A stretch of DNA of 64,000 nt, taken from NCBI GenBank assembly GCA_951406725.2, contig OX597834.1, positions 930,001 through 994,000 on the forward strand, given 5' to 3'. Position 1 is the stretch's first letter; every line of letters starts with the position of its first letter. Shown piece by piece: positions 25,021-38,589 of this stretch. This DNA is from Octopus vulgaris. Taxonomy: Eukaryota. A program made the translations under genes and the position numbers. The notes under the pieces were generated by a model. That model saw nothing but the letters and a program-made list of their open reading frames with translations. It searched no databases and had not been told where the DNA came from.

Positions 25021-26468
25021 AGACCTGGTAGAAACAGCAGCCAAATCTCCCTCAAATCACACCTTACTGTCTTATGTATGTATATATATATATATATGAG
25101 CCAATGAGGGGGACCCCTACATGGCAGCTAGACCTGGTAGAAATAGCAGCCAAATTTCCCCCAAATCACACCTTACTGTCTTATCTATGTATATATGTAT
25201 GTATGAGCCTATGAGGGAGACCCCTACATGGCAGCTAGACCTGGTAGAAATAGCAGCCAAATTTCCCCCAAATCACACCTTACTGTCTTATCTATGTATA
25301 TATGTATGTATGAGCCTATGAGGGAGACCCCTACATGGCAGCTAGACATGGTAGAAATAGCAGCCAAATCTCCCCCAAATCACACCTTACTGTCTTATCT
25401 ATGTATATATGTATGTATGAGCCTATGAGGGAGACCCCTACATGGCAGCTAGACCTGGTAGAAATAGCAGCCAAATTTCCCCCAAATCACACCTTACTGT
25501 CTTATCTATGTATATATGTATGTATGAGCCTATGAGGGAGACCCCTACATGGCAGCTAGACCTGGTAGAAATAGCAGCCAAATTTCCCCCAAATCACACC
25601 TTACTGTCTTATCTATGTATATATGTATGTATGAGCCTATGAGGGAGACCCCTACATGGCAGCTAGACCTGGTAGAAATAGCAGCCAAATTTCCCCCAAA
25701 TCACACCTTACTGTCTTATCTATGTATATATGTATGTATGAGCCTATGAGGGAGACCCCTACATGGCAGCTAGACCTGGTAGAAATAGCAGCCAAATTTC
25801 CCCCAAATCACACCTTACTGTCTTATCTATGTATATATGTATGTATGAGCCTATGAGGGAGACCCCTACATGGCAGCTAGACCTGGTAGAAATAGCAGCC
25901 AAATTTCCCCCAAATCACACCTTACTGTCTTATCTATGTATATATGTATGTATGAGCCTATGAGGGAGACCCCTACATGGCAGCTAGACCTGGTAGAAAT
26001 AGCAGCCAAATCTCCCCCAAATCACACCTTACTGTCTTATCTATGTATATATGTATGTATGAGCCTATGAGGGAGACCCCTACATGGCAGCTAGACATGG
26101 TAGAAATAGCAGCCAAATTTCCCCCAAATCACACCTTACTGTCTTATCTATGTATATATGTATGTATGAGCCTATGAGGGAGACCCCTACATGGCAGCTA
26201 GACCTGGTAGAAATAGCAGCCAAATTTCCCCCAAATCACACCTTACTGTCTTATCTATGTATATATGTATGTATGAGCCTATGAGGGAGACCCCTACATG
26301 GCAGCTAGACCTGGTAGAAATAGCAGCCAAATTTCCCCCAAATCACACCTTACTGTCTTATCTATGTATATATGTATGTATGAGCCTATGAGGGAGACCC
26401 CTACATGGCAGCTAGACATGGTAGAAATAGCAGCCAAATCTCCCTCAAATCACACCTTACTGTCTTAT
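25021..26468 (+). repeat. 107-bp minisatellite, ~13.5 near-identical units
   Basis: ORF starts recur every 107 nt (25121 to 26405). The unit contains atggcagctagacctggtagaaatagcagccaaatttcccccaaatcacaccttactgtc. Confidence 0.97.
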
Positions 26469-26968
26469 CTTTCTGCTACTTGGATATAGGTGTTATATTC
26501 GTTGTAAAAAAACTTTCCTGTCACACACTCACGCACACGCACACACACACACACACGCACCGTCACACACACACACACGCGCACACACACACACACACAC
26601 GCACGTTAGCTTACAATTTTATTTATATATTTGCGTGTCTGTGTGGAAAGAAGAAGTGGGAGGCAGAGTGAAAGAATCACTCACTACAGTAAGTGAATTA
26701 GTTTCACTTTATTCCTTGCCCACTGTGTGTGTGCGTTTGCGTGTGCTGTAAACCAGACTAAGAAAAGCATTTGACACACACACCAGAATGTGAGTTTTCT
26801 GTAAATTTTGCTTAATTGGAGTTTAAATTTTAAAAACTGGAGCTGGCATGACGCGATGCATTGTACTCTTAAAAATGCAAGGTAAATTGTAATTGAAGAA
26901 ATCCTATATTGTAGATTTGTATAACTCCCAAAGGGAGGCAGATAAAATCTGCCTTTTATAATAAGAGA

Positions 26969-27289
26969 TTCTTTATTCTTTTACTTGTTTCAGTCATTTG
27001 ACTGCAGCCATGCTGGAGCACCGACTTTAGTCGAACAAATCAACCCCGGGAATTACTCTTTGTAAGCCTTACTCTCTTTTTGCCAAACTGCTAAATGGTG
27101 GAGACGTAGACACAGCAACATCGGGTGTCAAGCGATAGTAGGGGACAAATACAGACACAAACACACACACATACATATACAACGGGCTTCTTTCAGTTTA
27201 CGTATACCAAATCCACTCACAAGGGGCCATGCAGTGGGACTGAACCCTTAATTATGTGAGTGGCAAGCAAGCTGCTTACCACACAGCCA
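26969..27289 (-). mobile_element. tRNA-derived SINE
   Basis: Minus-strand A-box-like ggctgtgtggtaag and B-box-like ggttcagtccc, with an aagaat-type tail. A related 3' part lies at ~24750-24955 (+). Confidence 0.7.
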
Positions 27290-27290
27290 T

Positions 27291-27343
<53 letters not shown>

Positions 27344-28779
27344 CAGGCAGGCAGGCAGGCAGACAGACAGATAGATATTGAGTAATGGAGGAAAGTGAAA
27401 TGGGAAAAAAATCTTTCCAGAACATATTGCTTTCAGTCACTTTTGAGACTGTCGATCTACAATAAAGCCCAGTTTAATGGGTCCCCCACCATCATTCTAT
27501 ATAATTGTAGAATCCCTTCTAATGTCCACTAGCTAATCAATGCATTAAAAAGAACATGATTTATAAGGACACTAAGTGATGGAGACGTAAACACAGCAAC
27601 ATCGGGTGTCGAGTGATAGTGGGGGACAAACACAGACACACACATACATACATACATATACAATGGGCTTCTTTCAGTTTATAAGAATACACAAACCTTT
27701 CATTAGATAGGAACTACACCCAGTTTAAATGGAAATTTTACAATAAAAATGTCTATTCATTTAAAAAACCCAATAAGCGCAAATCTATATCCCTAGCTGA
27801 AATGACATGGGGCTTAGAGCTGAGGAAATCCCATGCGAAATTTCTTGGTTTGAGAACTGCTTCCCCCTATATGAGTGGAATGGGTAAGTGCCACATGCCC
27901 TCAAAATCATAAACACTAGGGATAATGTAGTAAAGTAACATAACGAAATTTTGATAAGACGCCCGCGTAAATAGAATAGAACTTTGGGAAATTTTCATTA
28001 GCTTAGTTGTTTTTGATTTTTGTTGATTTTTTTTTTCTTATGATTTACCTTCTCTCCTGAATGTGAAACTTTGAACACTGATATTTTACATCCTGACTCC
28101 CTCACATAAGCCCACCCATTGTTTAGTTCATTTCAACAATATTAGTCAGGATCTATTACTTCTAACCTACCCCAGATACATAAAAAGTAAAGTGTGTGTG
28201 AGAGAGAGGAGGGGGAAGGCTGATCTGAATCTAAACAATGTTTCAGAAGCAAAGGAACGATGCATTAAAGTAGTTCTAGATATACTATACTTTAAAACAA
28301 AGAGGAGATGGTCAAAGGTGGAACGCTTTTGATGATAATGTTGCTTATCTCCAGGTTAACTTATTTTGGAGATAAACAACACAGAACAGGTGAGGAAATA
28401 TAGTCCTGTACAGATTTGGCAAAAATCAAACTATACGCTGTAACTGTAATACTTTCAGCTTAATGAGAGATGATCATATTTTAAAAAAGAACTGTGTAAT
28501 ATTTGAAATAGAGGACTTACCAATGTTGAACTTGCCAAAAATATTTGGCTTCACTCCGATACTGGAATGTGCCTTGAATCGTGACATTTTCGGTTCTGAA
28601 GTTATAATAAAAATGAAAGATTATTTTAAGAACTAACAATGCACCCTGGTGTTGCCCTGATATTATGACCTACAGCCACATTGTATTATTTGTTCCTTTC
28701 TTATGGGCAGAATCGGCACACGAGGAATATCAAGTAAACCAATCTTCTTTATAAACATGTTTTATGGTCATTCTCTAAT

Positions 28780-30467
28780 GAAATACCTAGCCAAAGATAA
28801 GCCCCTGTACCTGGCTTTTGTTGACATGGAGAAAGCCTTCGACAGGGTCTCCCGATCCTTTATCTGGTGGTCAATGAGGAAACTAGGGATAGATGAATGG
28901 TTAGTGAGAGCTGTGCGAGCTATGTACAGGGACGCTGCTAGTAAGGTGAGGGTTGGCAACGAGTACAGTGAAGAATTCCAGGTAGAGGTAGGGGTCCACC
29001 AAGGCTCAGTACTCAGCCCTCTCCTATTTTTCATAGTCCTCCAGGCAATAACGGAGGAATTCAAGACAGGATGCCCCTGGGAGCTCCTCTATGCTGATGA
29101 CCTTGCTCTAATTGCTGAGTCACTATCAGAACTGGAGAAGTTTCAGGTGTAGAATCGAAGGGCCTTAGAGTCAATCTAGCTAAAACCAAAGTCCTAATAA
29201 GTAGGAAGGTAGACAAATCTCAAACACCTTCAGGTAGATGGCCCTGCTCGATCTGTAGAAAAGGTGTAGGTAGAAACTCTATAAGATGCACCAAGTGTAA
29301 GCTATGGACACATAAGAGGTGCAGCAATGTCAAAGGAAGGCTAACTAGGAAGATAGTTTTTGTATGTGGCAGATGCTCAAGAGCAATAAACACTGAAAAT
29401 GCTCTGAGAGCAACTTCTGCCACATTCCAGGGAGAAAAACTAGAAATAGTTGATAGCTTCCGTTACCTAGATGACCAAGTCAGTAGCAGAGGCAGGTGTG
29501 CTGAAAGTGTAAATGCTAGAGTAAGAATAGCTTGGGCAAAGTTCAGAGGGCTCTTACCTCTGCTGGTGACAAAAGGCCTCTCGTTCAGAGTAAAAGGCAG
29601 ACTGTATGACGCATGTGTACAAACAGCCATGCCACATGGCAGTGAAATGAGGGCCGTGACTGCTGAGGATATGCATAAGCTCGCAAGAAATGAAGCCAGT
29701 ATGCTCCGATGGATGTGTAATGTCAGTGTTCATACTCGGTGCAAGAGAGACGTTTGCGCTGGTATGGTCATGTGGCGAGAATGGATGAAGATAGTTGTGT
29801 GAAAAAGTGCCACACCCTAGCGGTTGAGGGAACCTGTGGAAGAGGCAGACCCAGGAAAACCTGGGACGAGGTGGTGAAGCACGACCTTCAAACTTTAGGT
29901 CTTACTGAGGATATGACTAGAGACCGAGACCTTTGGAAGTGTGCTGTGCATGAGAAGACCCGGCAGGACAAGTGAGACCATAACCCGGGTTGTGCCAGTC
30001 CACTTATGCATACCCTTCCTTCTTGGAACACAAAACTCTACTTGTGAAGACCTGTTGAGGCAAGTGAGAATCGAAACCGATCAACATGAATGGAAATTGC
30101 AGCTGTGATACCAGTGCTGGTGGCACATAAGAGAAGCATCCGAACGTGGCTGTTGCCAGCGCTGCCCCGACTGGCCTCGTGCCGGTGGCACGTAAAAAGC
30201 ACCAGCCATTCGTGGCCATTGCCAGCCTCGCCTGGCCCCCGTGCCAGTGGCACGTAAAAAGGACCATCCGATCGTGGTCATTTGCCAGACTCGTCTGGCA
30301 CGTAAAAGAACCCACTACACTCACGGAGTGGTTGGCGTTAGGAAGGGCATCCAGCCGTAGAAACATTGCCAGATCAGACTGGGCCTGGTGCAGCCTTCTG
30401 GCTTCCCAGACCCCAGTTGAACCGTCCATGGAAAGCGGACGCTAAACGATGGTGATGATGATGATGA
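28780..30467 (+). mobile_element. RTE-clade LINE, 5'-truncated (copy 2)
   Basis: AFVDMEKAFDRV, GVHQGSVLSP, LLYADD and (GAT)n tail; contains internal deletions. Confidence 0.93.
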
Positions 30468-30754
30468 TATACATACATATTTTTATATATGCATACCTAG
30501 ACAGACAGACAAACAGAAAGATGGATAGATGGATGGAATCCATGGATGGATGAATAGATTGATATGTAGGTAGGTAGGTAGATAGATACACAACAGACAG
30601 GAAGCAGGCAGGCTGGCAGACATACAAACAGATTGGGAGGAAGAATTTGGCTGAATAAATATATGTTTATGTTAATGAATATACATATAATAGATATTCT
30701 CATATCTTCCATCTTCCGTCTCTCTCATTAACCACATACACAACGAACACTGTC

Positions 30755-30842
30755 GGCTTTGATGAGCGTAAGGTTATATAATCGGATTGTTACTTAACAC
30801 TCCGTTGTTCTCCTAGCGTGAAACCGATTGGTATGATCAGCC
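30755..30842 (+). ncRNA. Degenerate hammerhead-like motif
   Basis: TTGATGA-GCG...CGT-GAA-ACC-gatt-GGT-A; stem I is weak (ggct/agcc). Confidence 0.35.
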
Positions 30843-30900
30843 ATGATGTATATATAATACTGCACACATTTCAGATATATATATATATATATATATATAT

Positions 30901-32274
30901 CAATTCACAATGGAATATAGTCAGGACCAACTCCCTTTTCTTGACATTCTAATCATTAAAAAAGGCGTCAACATTGAAACTGACATCCATTACAAACCCA
31001 CTGACTCTAAACAATACCTTCTATTCACCTCCAATCACCCAAAACACACAAAGACAAATATCCCCTTCAACCTAGTGAGAAGAATCTGCACTATTGTCTC
31101 AAATGACACAACACGAAATAGAAGACTCCGGGAACTAAGGGCAATTCTTCTCGAAAGACATTACCCGGCATCACTAGTAGACAACGGAATAGAACGGGCC
31201 AAATCAATCAACACTCAAGACCTACGAAAACCCAAACACATTCACAGTACAGTAAATAGCCTCCCCTATCTCTCAACACACAACCCAAGGAATGCAGAAG
31301 CTTACACTATTATATACAACAACATTCCACAACTAAATCAAGACCCACACCTGAAAAAATTACTGGCAGCTCATAAAATAATAAAAAGTAAGAGACAACC
31401 TAAATCCCTAAAAAACCTCCTCACCAACGCAAAATTACACAACACAAACCCACCGCCCAACATCAAAAAATGTGGTCGCCCCAACTGCAGGACTTGCATC
31501 CACCTCATTGAGGGATTGACGTACAAGTTCCACTCGGGACACACATTCATCATAAAAAATAATTTCACGTGCGTATCAAAAAATTTAATCTACGTCATAA
31601 GGTGTGAAGGATGCCACGAAGACTACATAGGGCAAACGAGCCTTACCCTCAGAGAAAGAATGACAGTTCACCGACAACAACTGAGAGACCCCTCCACAAG
31701 ACAGATACCACTAAGTGGACACTTAGACCTTTGTGCACACAATAAGTCCCCCAAATTCTTAGTCTTCCCACTATACCAATGCTCGGACAACACCACAGAC
31801 CAAACATGAATAATACAGACCACAACTAAACATACTCTAACATACCCCCTAGGCACACATCCAGAGCAAGCACACAGGGACACGCGCACACTTGCAGCAT
31901 ATCATGCAGGCAGACACATGCACGCATCGGCACACATAGGGCACACTAGCGGGCATTGACCACACACATATGCGGTACGCACACGCATGCATTATATATA
32001 TGTAGGTTATGTATGTGCGTGAGTGTTGTGTGGGTTGTGTGTGTGTGCGCGCGTGTGTGTGTGTATGTGTATGTATTTATATGTGTATATGTTTTATATA
32101 TATGTATATATGTGTGTGTTGTGTGTGTGTATGCATGGTATATGTGTATATGTGAGTACATTTTTTTTGTGTGTGTGTGTGTGGTATGTAGATATATGTG
32201 TGTGTATGCTATATGTATGTATTTTGTGTGTGTGTGTGTGTGTGCATTATATTTATATGTATGTGTATATGTGT

Positions 32275-32324
<50 letters not shown>

Positions 32325-33815
32325 ATATATGTGCATTATTTGCATGTGCATTGTGTATATGTATATTGTATGTATGTGTATTGTATATGTATGTGTATAT
32401 TATGTGTATATGTGTGTGTATGTGTGCATTGTATATATGTATATTGTAGGTGTGTTATATATGCATGAATACATGTATATATAGTGCATGTATATATATG
32501 TATGCATTGTGTATGTGTATGTTATGTGTATATATATGTTATATGTATGCGTATGTGTATATGTATACATTGTATATTGTGTGTATATGTGGTATATTTA
32601 TGTATGTGTATGTAAACACTATATATATGTATATGTGTATATGCATTGTCTATATATATATATTATATGTATGTATTGTGTATGTATGTTATATGTATAT
32701 ATTGTGTATGTGTGTTATATATATGCTGTGTATGTGTATTGTATGTATATATGTGCCAGGTGTATTTGTGTTGTATTTATATTATGTATGTATGTGTGCG
32801 TGTGTGTGTGTGTGTTGTGTGGGTGTGTGTTATATGTGTGTATATTATATATAAATATATGTTATATTTGTGTGTTGTGTGTGTATATTATATGTGTGTG
32901 CGTTGTGTGTGTGTGTTGTGTGTTTGTATATTATGTGTGTGTGGGGGGGTCAGATATGTGTGTGTGTGTGTGTGTGTGTATGATGTGGTGTGTGTGTGTG
33001 TATGGCCCGCACACACGCGCACGCACGCGCGCGCGCACGCATATATACACACACCATCCTACCCCCAAAAATTCTTTAAACAACTCACATCTATTTTCGC
33101 CACCTTGGAACCATTCAAAAACAGCCCCCACACACACGCAGACGCTTGTATACGTGTGTGTGCACGCACACTCACACCAGTCTCACCTCCATACAGGCAC
33201 ATATATGCACACGCAGCACCATGTCAAAGGCCATCCACACTCATGCGTGCGTGCACGCGCACGCGCGCACACACAACACCATGACAACCACACACACTTG
33301 ACAAACAGACGCCATCTGACCAAATACTACAGACATCTATTCACACACACGCAGAGAGACACATATATTCACCTCATCCTAACCCCAAAATCATTGATGC
33401 TTGAAGGAAAGCCAAAAACAGAAAAAAACCGATACATCTTTCTCAATTCAACATTTCTGCTAAAACGGACAGGTCAGTAAACAAACTCGCCTTGAATTCG
33501 TAATATTCTGTACTGACCCTGAGATGTATAATATATTTATTTTAATCTTTTCTGCCCATTTTTTCAAATATTCTCATCATACTGTTGTACTTTCTTATGT
33601 CCTTAGCATGTCCTTGTTACCAAAGACTGTATATATACATGTAATGTGGCAATTATGTAAAAAGCTTTTTTGAATTCATAATATTCTATGTTACTTTTGA
33701 CAATCTTTTTCCAAAGAGTGAAACCGGTTAAGTAAATAAACATCTTTTAAATTGCATTTTCAAACCTTCTTTCGTATATAATTCCACTCATGCGATACCC
33801 CACAACTCAACTTTG

Positions 33816-33817
<2 letters not shown>
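30901..33817 (+). mobile_element. Penelope-like element 3' part: RT thumb + Zn finger + GIY-YIG (ORF 30910-31809), microsatellite-rich spacer, and pLTR
   Basis: LPFLDILI, HYKPTDSKQYLLFTSNHP, CGRPNCRTC and NLIYVIRCEGCHEDYIGQT. Flanked by (TA)n; the pLTR matches 44020-44728. Confidence 0.9.
33691..33735 (+). ncRNA. Hammerhead-like motif, U3:A8 core variant (also 44605-44649 + and 43780-43824 -)
   Basis: Stem I TTACTT/AAGTAA; core TTGACAA; stem II TCTTT/AAAGA plus 2 extra nt; GAA; palindromic ACCGGT; site GUU. Confidence 0.55.
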
Positions 33818-33852
<35 letters not shown>

Positions 33853-33940
33853 TATATAATGTATGTATATGAAGTTACATATAAGAGATCAAAGTGTACA
33901 TATATATATATATGTATGTATATAGAGAGAGAGGGGGAGA

Positions 33941-34340
33941 GAAATATTAAGTATATGATTTAATTTATTAAACAGAGTTCAACAAATTCGTTCATATTTA
34001 CGTAAATGGGGGAGATTAAATGTTAATATGGATGATAATTTTTTATTCATGTAGCTATACAATTGTTTCAAACGGAAAGACAAAAAATTCATATTTCAGA
34101 ATCTGAGTTGTCGTAAAGTACTCATCAATAGCTAAAATAAAATTGAAAAAAACGTCTTTTTAGTTGGGTTTTTTTTTTTAGCTACTGACGAGTACTCAGA
34201 TTCTTAAATATGAATTTCTTGTTTTTCTGTATGAAACAATAGCTACATGAATAGAAAAAAATTATTATCTATATTAACATATAATCTCCTCCATTTAGGT
34301 AAATATGAACGAATTTGTAGAATCATATACTTAATATTTC
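33941..34340. mobile_element. Old fold-back element with a hammerhead-like motif in each arm
   Basis: Minus 34052-34134 reads TAGCTA-TTGATGA-GTAC...GAA-ACAATTGT-A-TAGCTA. Plus 34179-34245 reads TAGCTA-CTGACGA-GTAC...GTAT-GAAACAA(del)TAGCTA. Confidence 0.65.
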
Positions 34341-34829
34341 TACATAACTTTTCATATCCACACAAATTTACACTAGTAAATTCAAAAGTAAAGTACGAAG
34401 AAACAAGAAATCCTTTCAAATTACTCCAATTAAAGGACGAACTCGCATTCAACCCCTTAAATGTATAGCGTTAAATATTCATCATGGCTGATGTCGGTTT
34501 CACATAAAGAATACAATGAAGTAAGATCAGTCGTGATGGATATTTAAAACCATACATTTCGGATAATATGCGAGTGCATCTTTCCTTTGATGGTTTCTTA
34601 GACCCGTGGCTCCCAACAAGTGAGCAGTACTGTCTCCTTGGGGGCGGTGAAATGATCCAGAGTGGGCGGCGTTGAAGAAAAATGGGATGATAATGGGGGG
34701 GTGGTGGCCAAAATGGGGTGTTCGATGTAAAAAAAAATATTTAATAGGTTAATGAGGTTTAAATTTTATTTGTGAAATACATTTAAGAATTTGCTGCAGA
34801 AAGTGGTCAATCTATCTATGAAGCTGGAT

Positions 34830-35294
<465 letters not shown>

Positions 35295-36008
35295 CACACT
35301 TATATGTAATTTAACTTACGGATGCGATGTGTAGAAAGAGCTCCAACATCTATTAAATCCTTCGTGGCGAATCTTTCATCTGTTGGCATCGTTTATTTCT
35401 TTGCCACTTCTTGCTTAATAGATATTCATGTACGTTTATTTCTATATGTAAATATATCGATATTATATATGTATTCGTAGATTCATATATACATTTGCAT
35501 TCGTAAAAATGAGTTTTGAACTAAATGTAGTGATATATAGGTATTATATTTTCAAATAATTCTACTGCTGTCAGTTAGATAGACATATTTCTCAACAGTT
35601 CAACATACATTTTGCAGTGATCTTTCTTCAAGTAAGAAAGTAAAAATTAGAAAGAGGAACTGCGACGCTTTCCTCCACACATACACTAAACCTAAAAGGA
35701 AATACACAGAAATGTGTGTGTGTGTGTGTGTGTGCGCTAAGTTGGTGGTTAGCGTCCTTCGGTAACCCATGGTTACTGAAAACATGACATGTAAAAACAA
35801 ATCCACGTTAAAACCGGAAACGATTTTAGCCTTAAGAAAAGAAAGAAAAAAATCTATAAGTATCACCATATTGCTTTTATTCCGTCTCTTGTCAGTATTA
35901 GCTTTCTGTTTTTTATGTTGGTCAGCTCTTATCCTACATGCCCATTAATCAAAGAAAGTGCCGTTGTGAGCGATCTCGTTTTTATTCTGACAAAGTGTAT
36001 CTAGGATT

Positions 36009-36236
36009 TACGGAGATGTACTTGCATAGCAAGTGATTTGATCTGAGATCGTGTGCTGAAACGAAAACAATTACAGCGTGGAAGGTGTTTGTAAGCTATT
36101 TAAGAAACACACAAAAGCCGTTCGATTCACTTCAACATTTAAGTTTAATTTGTCAAAATATTTTCGTCGCTTTAAGACCGCGACCTGTTCGCGGTCTTAA
36201 AGCGACGAAAATATTTTGACAAATTAAACTTAAATG
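36009..36236. mobile_element. Short fold-back insertion of the G3:C8 hammerhead family with 12-bp TSD
   Basis: TSD gtatctaggatt at 35997-36008 and 36237-36248. Hairpin centred at ~36186; homologous to 24331-24513. Confidence 0.85.
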
Positions 36237-36840
36237 GTATCTAGGATTATTTTATCGAAAGCAGAGGTTCTCAGACTATCAAATAGCAGTCACCTGAATC
36301 CCACCCACATTCACACTGAAAAATATATTATTGAAAATCCCACCATCCCCATCGCCTTTATATTTACAGTCCATGTAACACTGATGCTGGCCGAGAGAAA
36401 ACGATTTAAAACAATTTTAATTATATAAAACGTGTTAATATGTCCGCCCTTTTCAACCTTCAGGCACCCCACGGACTTCTTCAGTGAGAAGTACTGAACT
36501 AATGGTTTCGTTCTTCTTGTTGCCAGCCCTAGTTAATCGCTAACATTCCATTCGTTTCATCATATTTTCCATAGATTTGTGTTCTGCGTTGTTGGGAATA
36601 AACATTTCCACCCTGTTTAAGATTGTCGGGTATGATTGAGAAAGATTTAGCGTCTCTCTCGTCGGTGCGCGTGTGTGCGTATGTCTGCATATGTGATGCG
36701 CGTACACAAACAAACACCTACACAAGCACACACACATATTGAGAGAGGGGGAGAGAGAGTTGTGCAATAAGTTTTCATAAGCCTGAAAAGTAACAAGCCT
36801 TCCTGAACTCTACATTAGGTTTTGTATATATGTCTATATG

Positions 36841-36875
<35 letters not shown>

Positions 36876-36947
36876 ATATATATACACACACACACATATA
36901 TATGTATATATACACACACTCCCACACACACATATATAGTTGATAAA

Positions 36948-37334
36948 TCAATATATATATAAAGTTGAAGTTGTCTGTGTATGGCAGGTTTGGTAGCCTT
37001 CAACTATCTCCTCCGAGACCCTGCGGCGCAAGTTGACCAAAATTGAGAGTATGATAGAAGAAGGCTTGCTCTTCCTTCCTTAGAATAAAAAATTCAAATC
37101 GGACCATGTTAACACCAAAAATTATTTACATCAAAAAGGTGCTTTTTTTCTATGAAAATCCCTATTTCTTACGATTTTTTGACTGCTGTGTTGCCATTTT
37201 TCGGTGTATTTCAACCAGAAAAATGTTCATTTAAAGAGAATAATAAGCTACATAGAGGAGAAATTTTTACTTTTCAAAAATTCCAATTCTAAAGGGTCGA
37301 AATAAACCCGAGCAACGCCGGGCGATACTGCTAG
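36948..37334 (+). mobile_element. Non-autonomous Helitron
   Basis: 5' TC, 3' hairpin cccgagcaacgccggg followed by CTAG, A|T target. Confidence 0.85.
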
Positions 37335-37689
37335 TAAAAGATATATCAGAAAAGAAGCACACTAAAGTAATTGTTACAACAAAATGTTTTTCTTTTTGTC
37401 TGTGAGCTTATCGGACCATACATCCTAGACATTGTTGTAGAGCTGAAAAAGAGATAATTTCTACTCTTCTCCTCTGGAAGCCATCTACTCGCAGTACCAG
37501 AGGGTGCACACTCTCCTACCCTGATGTAATCTCCAGGGATACAGGCATCCAGCAACAGGACCTCCGTAATGCCATGATGGACCGTGAAGTCTGGCGTAGC
37601 ATAGTAAATTCCATTGTCTCGACCACGGTTGAACAATGATGATGATGATAGACATCTTAAGGAAGAGGTTTCCTTTGGTCTTCTTCGGC

Positions 37690-38400
37690 TTCTACTGAGA
37701 TGACACCCTACCCATCTCTAGAGGAGCCAGCAGCCACACATTAGACAGGCTTAGAAAGGACCTAAGTAGCACCTTAGGCTCAGTGGGTCTCGAGATCACC
37801 ATTGAGACTAATCTCACCACAGTAGATTTCTTAGATATTTCTTTAGATCTGGGCTCTGGTACATACAGGCCCTGTCACAAGCCAAACAAGAGACTGTCTT
37901 ATATTAGCAGAGCCTCCTGCCACCTCACCCCTATAGTTTTCAAGAAGCTAGTGAAAGGTGTAAGCAAGAGGATCTCGAATCTATCCTCAAGCCAAGATAT
38001 CTTCTATGCCACAGCTCCCTACTACAATGAGGTACTAGTATCGAGTGAGTTTAAAAGACTGCATCTCCCATATGCCTGGCCCTAGCACCCATAAAAGGAA
38101 GCACCGCAGAAATGTCGTTTGGTTTGTTCCACCATTTTCACTCAACGTCAAGACTTGTGTGGGAAAGATTTCCTTAAATTGATAAACAAACATTTCACAC
38201 ACAGACATAGATTCAGGTATTTATTGAACAGACACAATCTATGAGTCTCCTTTAGTTGTGCACCTAACATAAAAAAAACATTTTGACAAGTATCCCCAAT
38301 ACAAGGGACGAGGTAGTTTGTTCTTGCAGTGTATATAACTGTTCAGTAGGAGGCCAATACGAGCTTGAAGGGGTCATCTATAAGGCTACGGTGATACCTA
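37690..38400 (+). mobile_element. Degenerate Penelope-like element fragment
   Basis: VDFLDISLDL..YRPCHKPN, RRNVVWFVPPFS and CSC..NCSVGG..GVIYKA. Confidence 0.7.
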
Positions 38401-38589
38401 GACCTGTTATCCACATTAACAGTAATGTACCATCCAACAGCAATATTAGCAGATTAGCAGATTAGCCAGATTAGCAGATTAGCCAGATCTCACAGCAGAT
38501 CAATAGCCACACCCAGAGATGATAACCAGTCCGAGACTGGCATCACAGAGACTGGCATTACTGAAGACTCTGGAACTACTGCCACTGAT

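Noticed and set aside
25021-26468. CRISPR-like array or repeated 66-aa gene
   Set aside because: Units are identical end to end with no unique spacers, the context is eukaryotic, and the ORFs are a by-product of the 107-bp period.
31946-33480. Long Cys/Val/Tyr/Ile-rich ORFs up to 330 aa
   Set aside because: TG/TA simple repeats lack stop codons by composition; the same applies at 16687-17050, 41761-41993 and 44704-45112.
35762-35776. RFX X-box-like palindrome GTAACCCATGGTTAC
   Set aside because: It mismatches the consensus and has no identified transcription start, so it may be chance.
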